In this document: positions 49,364 to 62,030 of the stretch, one piece after another | Layout: each line of letters begins with the position of its first letter | How positions within the stretch are numbered: the first letter of the stretch is position 1 | Origin: Octopus sinensis | Lineage: Eukaryota | Direction: 5' to 3' | Length of the DNA stretch: 64,000 nt | Assembly: GCF_006345805.1 (NCBI RefSeq) | Contig: NC_043013.1 | Location: 1,736,001 to 1,800,000, forward strand | Notes under the pieces: model-generated | What the model saw: the letters and a program-made list of their open reading frames with translations, nothing else | Told to the model about the DNA's origin: nothing | Databases searched by the model: none | Made by a program: the position numbers and the translations under genes

Positions 49364-49785
49364 AGGCGCGGAGTGGCTGTATGGTAAGTAGATTGTTTAC
49401 CAACCACATGGTTCCGGGTTCAGTCCCACTGCGTGGCATCTTGGGCAAGTGTCTTCTACTATAGCCTCGGGCCGAACAAAAGCATTGTGAGTGGATTTGG
49501 TAGACGGAAACTGAACGAAGCCCGTCGTATATATGTATATATAATGAGGTGGGTGTTGTGTGTCTGTGTGTTTTTTGTCCCCCCTAGAATTACAACCGAT
49601 GCTTGACAACCGATGCTGGTGTGTTTATGTCCCCGTTACTTTGCGATTCGGCAAAAGAGACCCGAAGAATAAGTACTGGCTTACAAAGAATAAGTCCCGG
49701 GGTCGAGTTGCTCGACTAAAGGCGGTGCTCCAGCATGGCCGCAGTCAAATGACTGAAACAAGTAAAGAATAAAAGAGTAAAAAGA
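49364..49785 (+). mobile_element. SINE family A, full length, little diverged
   Basis: GGCGCGGAGTGGCTGTATGGTAAG..GGTTCCGGGTTCAGTCCCACTGCG...GACTGAAACAAGTAAAGA. Confidence 0.93.
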
Positions 49786-49850
49786 TATAGGTATATACAT
49801 ATACATATATATATCATATATATATATGTATATACATATATATATATTAG

Positions 49851-49889
<39 letters not shown>

Positions 49890-49901
49890 CATAAATATAT
49901 A

Positions 49902-49951
<50 letters not shown>

Positions 49952-49984
49952 ATATATATGTATATACATATATATATATATATA
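49786..49984. repeat. (TA)n microsatellite
   Basis: Direct read. Confidence 0.95.
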
Positions 49985-50129
49985 CTTCGTCTTACGCTAA
50001 GCAGTGCGGTTAAATTTGTTACACACAAACACACACACGCGCGCGCACAAATAGGCAGAATGATGGGGAGAGAAAATGTGAGAGATAGGCAGGTACATGG
50101 TGGGATTCATAGAAATCTGTTAAGTACAT

Positions 50130-50201
50130 GATAGACAGGAGACAGTTATAGAGACAGACAGATAGATAGATAGATAGATAGATGGATAGATGGATAGAGA
50201 T

Positions 50202-50276
<75 letters not shown>

Positions 50277-50322
50277 GGATAATAGATAGATAGATAGATA
50301 GATAGGAGTGATAGATAGATAG

Positions 50323-50371
<49 letters not shown>

Positions 50372-50376
50372 GGATA

Positions 50377-50414
<38 letters not shown>

Positions 50415-50481
50415 TAGATAGATAGATAGATAGAGGATAGATAGCTAGATAGAAGATAGATAGATCGATAGATAGATAGAT

Positions 50482-50519
<38 letters not shown>

Positions 50520-50543
50520 CAGGCAGACAGTTAACAGACAGAC

Positions 50544-50578
<35 letters not shown>

Positions 50579-50670
50579 AGATAGATAGATAGATAGAAGA
50601 AGATGGATAGATAGACAGGCAGACAGTTATACAGGACAGACAGATAGATGATAGATAGATAGATGGATAG

Positions 50671-50743
<73 letters not shown>

Positions 50744-50804
50744 GGATAGATAGACAGGCAGACAGTTATACAGACAGACAGATAGATAGATAGATAGATA
50801 GATG

Positions 50805-50890
<86 letters not shown>

Positions 50891-50935
50891 CAAACAGATT
50901 GATAGAGAGATAGAACTATGGATGAATAGATAAGG
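50130..50935. repeat. ~800-bp (GATA)n satellite with a recurring ~28-bp interruption
   Basis: GACAGGCAGACAGTTATACAGACAGACA variants at ~50134, 50518, 50614 and 50754. Confidence 0.95.
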
Positions 50936-51456
50936 ATAGGCTAAATGTACTCTCACGATACATATATAGATACACACACACACACACACAGACATAAACA
51001 CAAACATATATCACACACACGCATATATATAGTACAGAGAGAGAAGGGGGTTATATATAGAGAGTGGGAGAGAGAGATCCCTAACTGCATCCTCCCCCAT
51101 CCTTTTAAAATTCTCTTTATTTTTCAATTATTGTTATTATTATTTTCTTTTTGTTTTTTTTCTTTTTTGTTTTGGTTTCTCAAAGTACAAAGTACTAACA
51201 AGTTATCTTTGATCTTTGCTGCCTGTGAAATTTCAATCTATTAACAATTAAGGTCCAAGTCTCCTATTATTCTGAGCGTTGGCACATTACAGACATGGAG
51301 GCCGCTCCCAACCGGGGTTTTGTTACTCACTCAACTCTTGATAACATTGACTACGCACTTCGTATGTGTCGGGGTAAGGCAGCTGGTCTTGGCAAAGATT
51401 CCGTGTTGCTCACAGGTTTCATGGACTCTTTTGATCATTCGTTTATCGATATTACA

Positions 51457-51530
<74 letters not shown>

Positions 51531-52030
51531 ATTTTTACATACGTTTATTTTTCTCATTCATTGAAAGTATGTCTCCACGTGAGTATGTGACTGCGTGCAT
51601 ATCTCCGCTGAATCCAACAAAAAAGACTTCTTTAAAGGTTTATGAATAGACGTTTATCGTTACTTGTCGCTTTCCGACCTATTGTCTTGGCATGAGAAAT
51701 GAAAAAAGGTTCGATGGTCGTAGCTGGAATACCTTCGGTCATGTCTCCACTCTCTCCACTCTGCCCTTATGGCATTTTCATAGATGTTCCTTTTTATGTG
51801 GGTGTCTATTTGTATATATTCAACGATGAAAGCCACCGTCATTGTCTGTAAAAATCTTGTTTAAGAATAATAAATTTGTACTCTACGAAAATATAGAGTA
51901 ACCTATCAGATAAATATAAAATTGCTTTTATTATAACTAAACACAAAACATTAAAACATACACACATTCTCTCTCTCTCTCTCTTTCTCTCTCACACACA
52001 CATACACACGCACGCACACATATATGATTA

Positions 52031-52073
<43 letters not shown>

Positions 52074-52174
52074 ATAAAAGGATCCCATGTGCGTTTTTTC
52101 CTGTTTTGCCTCATTTTGAGTCTGCTTCTTCATCCTTCTCTTGCATCCCTTCCCAGTTTCTTCTGAACTTTTTC

Positions 52175-52213
52175 TAGTATCCGAAGAAGGACTATTTCCG
52201 AAACGTAATACTA
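52175..52213 (+). ncRNA. Minimal PLE-type type-I hammerhead motif within a pyrimidine-rich pLTR-like fragment (~52080-52270)
   Basis: UAGUAU-CCGAAGA-A-GGA-CUAUU-UCC-GAAA-CGU-A-AUACUA: perfect 6-bp stem I, GUA site; the core carries a U-to-C change. Confidence 0.65.
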
Positions 52214-52555
52214 TTTCATTCTTATTCTAATAATTTCTCTTATTTTTTTCATTTGTTGCGAAGTATATGTCATGGGTATTTTACAACTAAATATCATCTG
52301 GGTAGCCATTGTCAATATCTTATGGAAAGTGACTGAAATGACTTGCTTAATGCAAAACTATTCTGTGTGGCTTTATTCACTCATTTATAAGAACATTTGT
52401 ATTTATTTTAGCGTAGAAGCGCAGTCTTATTTTCATACTTATTATGGTTCGCATTACTTTATTTGCCTTAAAATTAGTTCAATTCTTTTCTGTACAAATT
52501 TGTCGAGAACATTAAGTGAACTTTGCATGAAAACATTCTCGTTGTATTTGAGAAA

Positions 52556-52735
52556 TATGGAGGCGCATGGCAAATTGGTGAGGGTGTTGGACTCATGGTT
52601 CGATTCCTGCATCGGGCAACACGTTATGTTCTTGAGCAAAACGCTTAATTTCAAGTTGCACCAATGCATTCAGCTAGCAAAAGTGAGTAAACCTGCGGCG
52701 GATGGCGTCCCGTCCAGGTGGTGGATGTACATGCT
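52556..52735 (+). mobile_element. SINE family C-like, degenerate
   Basis: GGAGGCGCATGGC..GGTTCGATTCC..TCTTGAGCAAAACGCTT..CCTGCGGCGGATGGCGTCCCGTCCAGG. Confidence 0.65.
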
Positions 52736-53436
52736 TTTTTTTTGTTTGTAATCTTATTCCAGAAATATTTGCTTCTAATGTTATTCTAATAACTTGTATC
52801 TGACTTGATTTAATCTCAAGTTTTTGCTGGTATGTAAGCTTTTCATTCCAAGAGACACCATGTGAATTTAACATTTCGGCCCATTGCGATACACACGGAA
52901 GTCTCTTAATAAGAAATAGTTTTAATTTTAGGCAAAAGGCCAGTACTTTTTTAGACAGAGGGTGGTGGGCTGGATGTAGTGGGTTGGATATCATCAACTC
53001 CACTATTTTACTGCTTCTTTATTTTGTTCATCCCGAAAGGATGGAAGGAAAAATGGATTTGATCACAGAAATTAAAGATGCATGACAAACAGCACTTTTT
53101 TCTGACGCCTTTGTGGTTCGGATAACGGACAATACCATGTTTTTTTTTCCCCCGAATATCTGCAATTTGCCTATTGATGACCCCCACCCCACTTACGCAT
53201 CTGTAGTTTTATACCCGTTTTGTTAGGTAGAAACATGCAACCTTATCCGGAAAGGGAAAAATGCATAAGAATATATGAATTTAACTTTTAATGCATGGGT
53301 TTTGTTTTATCACCATGTTGTGTCTCTTTACCCTGTATTATAACTCGGAAACTGACTAAATTCTGATGTGCATAAATTTATTGAGGATTTTCCTTAGACC
53401 ATGCATGAAAATTTTTCCTTTGCATCATCATCATCA

Positions 53437-54125
53437 TTGTTATTATTATTGTTGTTGTTATTATTATTATTTTATATTTGACTTTTGCTTTGCATTTGTA
53501 CATGTTGGCTCCAAGTCTCACCCAGAGACCTCAAGAGACAACAAGTTAGGAGTTCATGTAGGTGTTATGCCTAGGGTGTCATATATTTGGTTCTGTACAT
53601 AGTGTTGTTCTAGAGTATGTTTAAGAAACCATAAGAAAATTATGTTTGTTTTAAAATTTGAGATTACATAGAAAGTGTTTTGCGTAGAATATGGGCAGTT
53701 CCCATAAGTAGAATCTTTTGAATTTCTACCATTTTGGGGTTTCCTGGTATCTGAGCTAAGTAACAATCAACCCCTTTTGCTATCATTTCCAGGGCACCTA
53801 TGACAACAAGTATTGTTTTAGTCTTCAGGCTCCACATTTTGCTGATTTCTATTTCAAGATCTTTATACTTGCTCAGTTTTTAGTAGGTCTTGACAGATAC
53901 GTTTATATCGAGTGGACGGTCATATCAATGAGGAGGCATGATTTTTGTCTGAAATCTTTCAATATAATGTTTGGCCTATTTGCATCTTTCTCTCAGTTTG
54001 AATGGTGAAGTTCCAGAGAAGTGAGGTGTGATCATTTTCAAGCACTGGAGGTAATTTGTGTTCCCACCAGTTTTTATCATGGGACAAATCCAGGTTTTTG
54101 CAAATTAACCAGTGAATATATTGTG
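53437..54125 (-). mobile_element. R4/Dong-type RLE retroelement, 3' fragment 1 (old, frameshifted)
   Basis: LLWNF..ANRPNI..KSCLLIDM..KLSKYKDLEIEISKMWSLKT..VIGALG..QKILLMGT; (TAA)n tail at 53437-72. Confidence 0.8.
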
Positions 54126-54143
54126 CAGCTCTATCATGCCTGT

Positions 54144-55755
54144 TTATTATTATTATTTTTATTATTATTATTCAGTAGTTTTATTTTTATATCGTGCTTT
54201 CACTTCACTACCGAGCGCAGCTCTGTGTACCTTGGGTATGTGCTGTGATTTGTTGTGATGCTCTGATGGTTATTATATGGAAAGTGTTCTGCGTAGGATG
54301 TGTGCAGTGCCTAGTAGAACAATTTTCTGTATGTTATATGTGTTTGTAAGTCCTGGTGGTTTTGTTATGTATTTGTCTGAATATTTTTTTATCATGCCTA
54401 ATGCACCTACTATGATAGGAATTGTTTCTGTTTTTAGATTCCACATTCTGGTTACCTCTATTTCCAGGTCTTTGTATTTTGAGAGTTTCTCCATTTCTTT
54501 TAGAGACACGTTGTCATCTGCCGGTATTGATACGTCAATTAGAAAGCATTTTTTTTCTTCATGATCTCTGATAACTATATCTGGTCTGTTGGCCTTAATT
54601 TCTCTATCTGTGTGTATCGGCATATCCCAGAGTATGGTTGCTTTCTCGTTTTCTGTGACCTTTTCTGGTGTGTGCCTATACCATCTTTTTTCTGTTGTTA
54701 TTCCATAATGTTGGCATAGCTTACAATGTATGTAGGTTCCAACTCTGTCATGTCTGTGAATATATTCCTTCTTAGCCAGGATTGGGCAGCTAGAGATAAT
54801 ATGATTTATTGTTTCTTGTCCATCTCCACATATTCTACAGTTACTTGATATATTTCTTTTCATTACATGTTTTTGGTAATTTCTGGTGGGGAGGCTTTGG
54901 TCTTGTGCTGCGATTAAAAATCCCTCTGTCTCTGCTTTGAGTCCTGAGCTTCTCAACCATTGCTGGGATTTTTCTTTGTCTATTTCTTTTGCGTTTAGTT
55001 TAGTGCAGTATTTACCATGAAGGGGCTTTTCTTGCCATCGTTTTATCATGGTTTGTTTTCTTTTTGTTGCTCAGTAGCGTTGATTGTCTACTGATTTCAT
55101 TAAGAATCGACAGATCTTTTCTCATTTTTTGTATTTTGTTTTGGATGTTATTTATCCACAGGGTTGGTTTGGGTGGTGGTACTCCTGTTTGGATGGGTTT
55201 GAGTGAGTATCCAGCTTCTTTTGTGGCTGCAGTGGCTGCTGCGTATACTAAGTCATTTAGCTCAGTGACATCGCTTTTTGTTTCAGTGGCTATTAGTTCC
55301 GTGACGGCTAGGTTTATGCTGTTTATAATTGGTGTTGTTGTTTCGTCTATTTTGATTTTTGGGAGGTATGGTCGGTGGTCCATTTTGAGCTCTGTGGTTT
55401 TCAGTTCTTTGATTATTTTACTTCTTATATTATCATAATCATTAGGCTCCTCTTCGTTGTTTTCAGGTTTTAGATTTGTGTCGCTTTCTTTCTTATTTAT
55501 ATGTTTGTTTGTCGTGTTTTGGCTTACTGTTTGTCGTGTATTATTATGCATCCTTACGGTCTGGGTTTGTTGTTTTTTGTTTACATCGTGTTTAGGGAAT
55601 GTTACGTTTGTCTTCGTGTTTTACTGTTTCAGTGTTTATATTATTGGGCATTGTTGTGTGGCTTCTATCTACATTTTCCTGGTGTATTTTTTCTTTTAGA
55701 TGTTCTATTTCTGATATTTTTTTGCGTTGAGAATGTATCTTCGTACGTTAGCTAG

Positions 55756-55757
<2 letters not shown>
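54144..55757 (-). mobile_element. R4/Dong-type RLE retroelement with internal deletion of the RT domain
   Basis: N-terminal region ORF 55012-55551 is joined directly to the C-terminal ORF 54273-55049; (TAA)n on both sides. Confidence 0.88.
54273..55049 (-). pseudogene. Uninterrupted 258-aa CCHC zinc knuckle plus restriction-like endonuclease C-terminus
   Basis: LHGKY, LKAETEGFLIAAQDQ, CRICGDGQETINHIISSC, RHDRV, NRPDIVIRD..LIDVSIP, KLSKY.DL, IIVGALG. Confidence 0.9.
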
Positions 55758-55758
<1 letters not shown>

Positions 55759-55794
<36 letters not shown>

Positions 55795-56465
55795 TATTAT
55801 TATTATTATTATTATTATATGAAATCTCACAGCTCATATTGCTGGGTATGATAGAAAGTATCAGCTGTCCACAACCAGCAGACTAAGGTGACATTTGTTA
55901 ACTGATCAGAACTCTGCGAAGAATTCTTGCAGTTCCAAGCAATGCTAGTTTTTGTGGGTGTTCAACCTTCTTCACACTTGCACCAATCGTTTTCAGACAT
56001 GTTGGTAGTTCTGATACTTCCAAGTGCACCAATTACTGTTGGAATCACGTCTACTCACCTCATTAACCACAACCTTTGTATTTCCCACTTCAAATCGTCA
56101 TAGTTGTTTATTTGTTCTTCTTCTTTTACATTGATCCTGTTGTCACCGGGGCATGCTATGTCGATATATCATACATGTTCTTTCTTTTTTATTCACCACA
56201 ACACTTTCCGGTTTCCGAAGTCTGGTCAGGTGATCGCACTGGATCATTACATCCCACAGGTTTTTGGAATTCTCATTTTCGATTACTCTTTCTGGGGTTT
56301 GATCATACCACATCTTTGCTCTTTGTAGGTCGTGATTTTCACAGAACTCCCAATGAAACATCCTTGTCACATTGTCATGGCCTTTTGTATTCTCGTTCTG
56401 CCAATTTGGGGCATTCGCTAACGTTGTGCCCGGTAATATTGTTTATTCTGCACTTCATATAATTG
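55759..56465 (-). mobile_element. R4/Dong-type RLE retroelement, 3' fragment 3, with (TAA)n tail
   Basis: HNVSECPKLAEREYK.RHD, WYDQTPERVIENE..LWDVMIQCDH..RKPE..IDIACPGD..VIGALGS. Confidence 0.8.
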
Positions 56466-56519
56466 GCCCTTAACGCTTGTTCCTGAACTGCGCATTATTA
56501 TTATCACTGCGTCATCTAT

Positions 56520-57690
56520 TACCACTTGACCGTCGTCCTTTGCCCCTTTTACTGGTTCACCAAGCTGGTGCGTTTACTCTTTTTGTGGAAGGGGCGTGTT
56601 CCATTGGTCAGGCGCTCCATCTGCTGTCAACAGCCGCTGAATGGAGTGTTGGGCATGCCGTGGTTACTGATGCGCAGATATGCGTTCAGGCTACGGCATT
56701 TCTAGCGTTTCCTTGACGCTGAGCATGCGTGGTCACTGTCTGTAAGACACACTCTTGCACAGCTCGTCTCTTTGACTGAGCTGCAATCCTGGATGAGGTG
56801 TAGACTGAGGAGGGGCGCTTGGCACCTCGAGTGCCGCCAAGCGCTCACAGCTCTCCGCCAGTCGGGCAATGCGATCGGTGGTAGTTCCACTCTAGCGTTC
56901 TATAGAAGGATAGTGGAGGGAAAGTGCAACGACGTTCTCGGGGAAACTCTGGGCGTCGATCAAGATCAACTAACCGGTCTGTTTCGGAGAAAATTTCGGG
57001 CCTGGGCCTATAGATAGCTTCCAGAAATCCCTTGCCTAGCAGTGCTACAGAGGGGCGCTGACTGTCCGAGATAAACTTTACAGTTATGGAAGTGCCGTCA
57101 GCTGGGCCTGCATGTTACATGTGGGACGGATCCGGCTATCAGTGGAATCCATTGTGAAGATTTCCCCGCCGTTCTTCTTTGGCCGAGAGGGGCAGGCAGT
57201 TTTTATTTGTGTGGTGGCTGTAGCGAAAGCGATATTATGGGTTACTCGTCTGAAAGGGCGTAAGTCAGACACTTTCCTGTTTGGTTAAGCTGTCATCAAC
57301 TTTTTCAAGTGTCACTTGAAAGGGAAGTTGAGGGTAGAGAGAGAAGTGTTACCTTCTAGCAAGTTTGTTGAAAGGTGGGTGAATGTTGGAAGAATGGTCA
57401 GTGTGAAAGGACCAATTTTGAGCGTACACCTGTAAAAAATGAAAGGAGAAGGGCTTGTTGATCAGGTACCCGTGACTTTTGTGGGTTTTTCCACGAGGAC
57501 CTTTAAAGCGCCTCCCCTTTTTTGAGTTTTTATTTTGTTTAATTTTCATTTGTTATTTCAAGTTTACGCACTGAAAACACTTTGTCTCGTCTTGTGTTGT
57601 CTTTTATGTTTGTTTCTTGTCATTTAATGTTGTTCTATGTAAGCCCTTGTGCAAAATAAAAGAAATAATAATAATGAGATGATAATAATA
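56520..57690 (+). mobile_element. Tx1/L1-clade LINE, 3' fragment
   Basis: Across frameshifts: FQKSLAWQCYRGALTVRDKLY, AVAK..LWVTRLKG, FFKCHLKGKLRVER..FVERWV; U-rich 3' UTR, AATAAA and TAA tail. Confidence 0.7.
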
Positions 57691-58114
57691 ATTATTATTA
57701 TTATTAAAATTAACAATATGCTCTTAATTTCTTGATCAAGTTTGAAGATAGATATCTGTGGCTATTAAAAGGAAACGAAAGAAATAATTTCTTTTCAAAT
57801 AGTAAAAAACAACGAAAAAAAAAACAGCAAAAAAGCAAAAACAAAAAAAAAACAGAACCAAGGACAAAACGGAAATATAGAATTTGATTAAAAATCGAAC
57901 CTGAAATCTCGAGATCCTAAAAACTATTTGTACTTCTGCTTGTCAGTTTTGCATTGTCTTTTGTCATTTATGGTCGGAATCTCTCACAAAGCTAAACTAA
58001 ACTACGTGTGAAGCTGGACATTGTCCCGTTTCCATGGCGATCGGCTCACCAACCAGACTCTGTCTTCATACTTCGGATTAGGCTGTCTATTCTTTCTATT
58101 TTTTTTTGTATCCC

Positions 58115-58330
58115 TTACTTGTTTCAGTCATTAGACTGCGGCCATACTGGGGCACTGCCGCGAAGAATCTTTAGTCAAACGAATAAATTCCTATTACATA
58201 GTTTTAAGCCAGGCACCTTGTCTATCAGACCCTTTTGCCGAATTGCTATGTTACAGGGACGTAAACACACCAACACCGGTTGTCAACTAGTGGTGGTGGT
58301 GGTGGTGGGGCAAACACAAACAGAAACACA
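58115..58330 (-). mobile_element. SINE family A, 3' half
   Basis: Tail blocks. Confidence 0.8.
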
Positions 58331-58384
58331 CACACACATAATATATACATACGTACATACATACATAGGCCGTGCATGGCCAGG

Positions 58385-58900
58385 GCTGAAGACATCAACC
58401 ACATTATTGCCAACTGTGAGAGAATGTCTGTGAGGCATAATGCGCTGACCTGAACGGTCTGGAAAAGGATAACAAAACTAAAACACCTACAGACGATGTT
58501 GAACATATTGAAGTCGATGGATCAAAAGAATATTGGAAGAACTTAAAATAGCCACCAAGTTAAAACACAACAGGCCAGATATTGTATGGGGCCACAAGGA
58601 AAAGATATGTTCTGTTGTGGAAATCAGCTGCCCTCTGGACGCCAATGTGGCCAGCAAGATACAAGGAAAATAGGATATCTATAGTCCACTGACAGCAAAT
58701 TTGCAAATGCAGTACGCAAAATAGACTTTCAGCTTTATACGGATTGGAGCAACATGATATATATCAACCGGGCAGGAAAAAGGGTATTGCTGAAATTAGG
58801 ATCTTGGGGGAGGAAATGCAAATCCTTAATTCATACGTTGCAAATGATCAGGATATCTGGGACTATAAAAATGTGCAAGGCCTTAAGATTTAAAGGATGA
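58385..58900 (+). mobile_element. RLE non-LTR retroelement C-terminal remnant (R4/NeSL-like)
   Basis: EDINHIIANC, KHNRPDIV..CSVVEISCPLD.NV..K, IGA; degenerate. Confidence 0.65.
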
Positions 58901-59157
58901 TGGTTCTAACAAGGTGCTTTTCTTCACAACCTTGCTATCAAGCGGGTGGTTAGTCAAATTTTACTCTAAATTAGAAAGGAAATAACATACACCTGTGTAT
59001 GCAGACAGGCAGGTAGGCAGGCACGCACGCACTCACACACATTTATAGGAAGTTAATTATATGGCCGGTCATAGTGACCAATGGTTTCGCATCCATAAAG
59101 CGATTAGCCTCATAGATGGCTTGTCGGACTTTAAGGGCATATCGTATATATATATAT

Positions 59158-59322
59158 ACGACGGGCTTCTGTCAGTTTCCGTCTACCAAATCCACTCACA
59201 TGGCTTTGGCTGGTCTAAGGATATAGTAAAAGACATTTGCCCAAGGTGCCGCGCAGTGGGACTGAACTCGGAACCATGTGACTGAAAGGTAAACTTCTAA
59301 CCACACAGCTACACCTGCGCCT
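59158..59322 (-). mobile_element. SINE family A, 5' half
   Basis: tRNA-like head plus CORE-like block. Confidence 0.85.
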
Positions 59323-60434
59323 CTGTTATAAAAGTGGACATTGTTACTTTCTCTGAGCTCCAATGGAAAATAGTAAGCTTTCTGCCAACCGAATTTGCGA
59401 TAACAAGTTCGATTCATAGTTGAGTCTTATCACATCATTTACTCTTTGTATCCACGATGCGCCGTCTGTAGACGATATCCCAGATTGGATGAAGTGACCT
59501 TATAACTCTACGAGAAGATGAATGATTCCGCTGTAATCCAACCAGCCATTATGGCCTACACACGTCGTTTTCATTCAGAGTATATTTACAAGTTAAACGT
59601 TTCGTCTTCCATTGCCTTCTGCTTCCACCAAAGTGTCTGTTCTTTTGTTCTCCATTTTAACTGCATTACGTCAGTAGAGACAGCCTGGGCATGGAATTAT
59701 CGTAACTGGCGATTTATTTTGCGTCTACTCTAATAATCCATTGATAAGTCTCTGCCTTCTGTCTGGCTCTTCGCTCCCATTAACCTTCAACGATCCTTGT
59801 GCCGAGATAAAGTGGAATTCATTGATTTGTTCCGTTGTATGAGACCTATCCGCTATCATTTGAGAAGTGATCGGGTCAATAGAAGTGGTTGTTGGTGAAG
59901 GAGTGGGTGGGTGGGTAGTCTTGTCGGCCCCGGAAATGTACTCCGATTGTTGAATGACGGGTAAGCAGAAAATTTAGTGAGTGGCTGACAGTGGAGGAAA
60001 GAAAGTGGTGGTGGTGGTGGTGGGGAGGGGGGTCGTTGAGGGAGTTGAAAGTGTCACGTGCCGTCTTGATTAACTATCGTGCCATACATGCCGAATGTGA
60101 CGTTGCACGCGTAGTCCTCCTACACAACGGTCTACCGAGAAATATTCTTTAATACTCTGCTATACACGGTCTTTTGAATCAATTTACTTCCATACTCGTA
60201 ATAAGGAGGCCAGTCTTGGGGACGACGACCACAACAACGACCACAACGAACGACGGCGACAACAACAACGACATCATGAGCGACCATGACGTTCGCTTGA
60301 CTGCGAGTGATGCCTTCCCTCACTACGCGTTATTATCTCAACCTTCTGCTGTCGTTGGCTGGCCATTGTTGTTATTGTTAATAGCATTTACAATTGTCGC
60401 CTAGTGGCTAGCTACACGGATTAGATGTGAAACC

Positions 60435-60436
<2 letters not shown>

Positions 60437-60512
<76 letters not shown>

Positions 60513-60522
60513 GAGAGAGAGA
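60437..60522. repeat. (GA)n microsatellite
   Basis: Direct read. Confidence 0.95.
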
Positions 60523-61078
60523 GGTAGAATAGAAAGACTGTCCAACTTGCTTCCTTTTTACATCTGCTCTTGTGTTTATACACGGCTATATTCATTGTTC
60601 AAAGTCGATGTGCAGCAACCGACTTTTTCTTCACCTAAACAGTAACACGACAAGTTTATTTAAAAGAGAAAAAAAATTGCATCCAAAATGGAGTCTGTGT
60701 TATTTACCGTACAAAGTTATAACAGCAATGTTCTCACTAAAATATGAACGAGATTTAGCGCCGTTTGTGGCTATTTTAGAGGATTTTTAGAGATATTTCA
60801 CTTGGGCAGCTCAGAGATCCAACAAACTTGACATTATCAATGACTCTCAGCACATTAAAGTCTTCTGTCTCATACCCTCAGATTTAAATAAGCTAATGTG
60901 GTTTCTTACTCTCAAGTGACGGTGATTTATGGATGTGTGTGTATGTGTGTTTTTTTGTACGGAAATGTGTGTGCGTGTGTGTGTGTGTGTGCGTGTATAC
61001 GCACACATATGTATGTGTTTGTAAATGTATAGATGTGTATATGTATATATGTATGTATCTATCTATCTTTATGCATGC

Positions 61079-61118
<40 letters not shown>

Positions 61119-61734
61119 ACACACACGCAGAAGAGAAGAGAAAGAGAGGGAGAGAACGGATGTCAACCTGTCACGATTTCAAAAACTAAAATAAATAAAT
61201 ACCAAATTATAGAATATACAATTTTGTATTATAAACGGTGCATATTGTTGTTGTTGTTGTTGTTGGTGGTGGTGGTGTGTGTGTGCGTGTGTGTGTGAGT
61301 TATCAAGTAGCCCGTTGAAACTTTTAATTGTTTATTACGGAATGAATTATAAACTGAATATTCCAGTGGGACTGTGGCACGATTCGCAGCGCTTGGCTTC
61401 GTCTCTTTATGTTCCGGGTTGAATTACCCACCGGGGCCGACATCGCTTTTCATCCGTCACAATCGATGCAAAAAGAATCAGACATGTGGTACAAGTGAAA
61501 TGAATCGATTCTAATAAGGAAGGCGGCTGTTCCGGCCTAATTCGATTCTCAAATGAAATCTCACAGCATTCTTTTGACATTACAAGACATTAAAAATATG
61601 TCTTTCAAGGCTTATCTCAGTTGAAGACAATAAAAAAAGAACAACGACCATAAATGTATTTATTTATTTTAATGTAAAAGTATCATGGGAGCAATACGTT
61701 TGAAATATATGTAAGCTGAGTAAAAAGAGCCGCC

Positions 61735-62030
61735 GATACACTGAGAGGGGCATATGAAGACCTTTAATTATCCGTATATTACTCTCTCCAAACCAATTAA
61801 AATGTTTTTATTTCTTTCAGTTCCCCCATGGCAGATAAAATGCTAACACAAGAAACGAAAAAGCATGCAGTGATTGTGGCCATATGTACGAAACAATGCG
61901 ATTTAGAAACTGTCAACTTTCTAAATGTTGCAAGATTTGTTGTACGCAAAGTTCGGCTGGAATTGGAAGCCTCTGACGGGAATGTTGTAACTATATCACA
62001 GAAAATAAACTCTCTAAATATTCAGACAAA
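61735..62030 (+). mobile_element. Tc1/mariner-superfamily transposase N-terminal (HTH) remnant
   Basis: MADKMLTQETKKHAVIVAI....LETVNFLNVARFVVRKVRLELEASDGNV resembles maT/Tc1-type N-termini (from recall). Confidence 0.5.

Noticed and set aside
49364-49440. tRNA gene
   Set aside because: The A/B-box-like head continues into SINE body; the same applies to all similar heads in the window.
47893-49448. Long poly-E/K and poly-S/F/L ORFs
   Set aside because: Products of the (GAA)n tract.
51293-51373. 81-bp AG/GT-bounded exon (DMEAAPNRGF...RMCRG)
   Set aside because: Weak pyrimidine tract; GKAAG may instead be a decayed LINE RT start; no homology recognised.
59330-59900. Very old mariner remnant on the - strand
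   Set aside because: Only a faint QRVNDVIR resemblance; no diagnostic motif or TIR.
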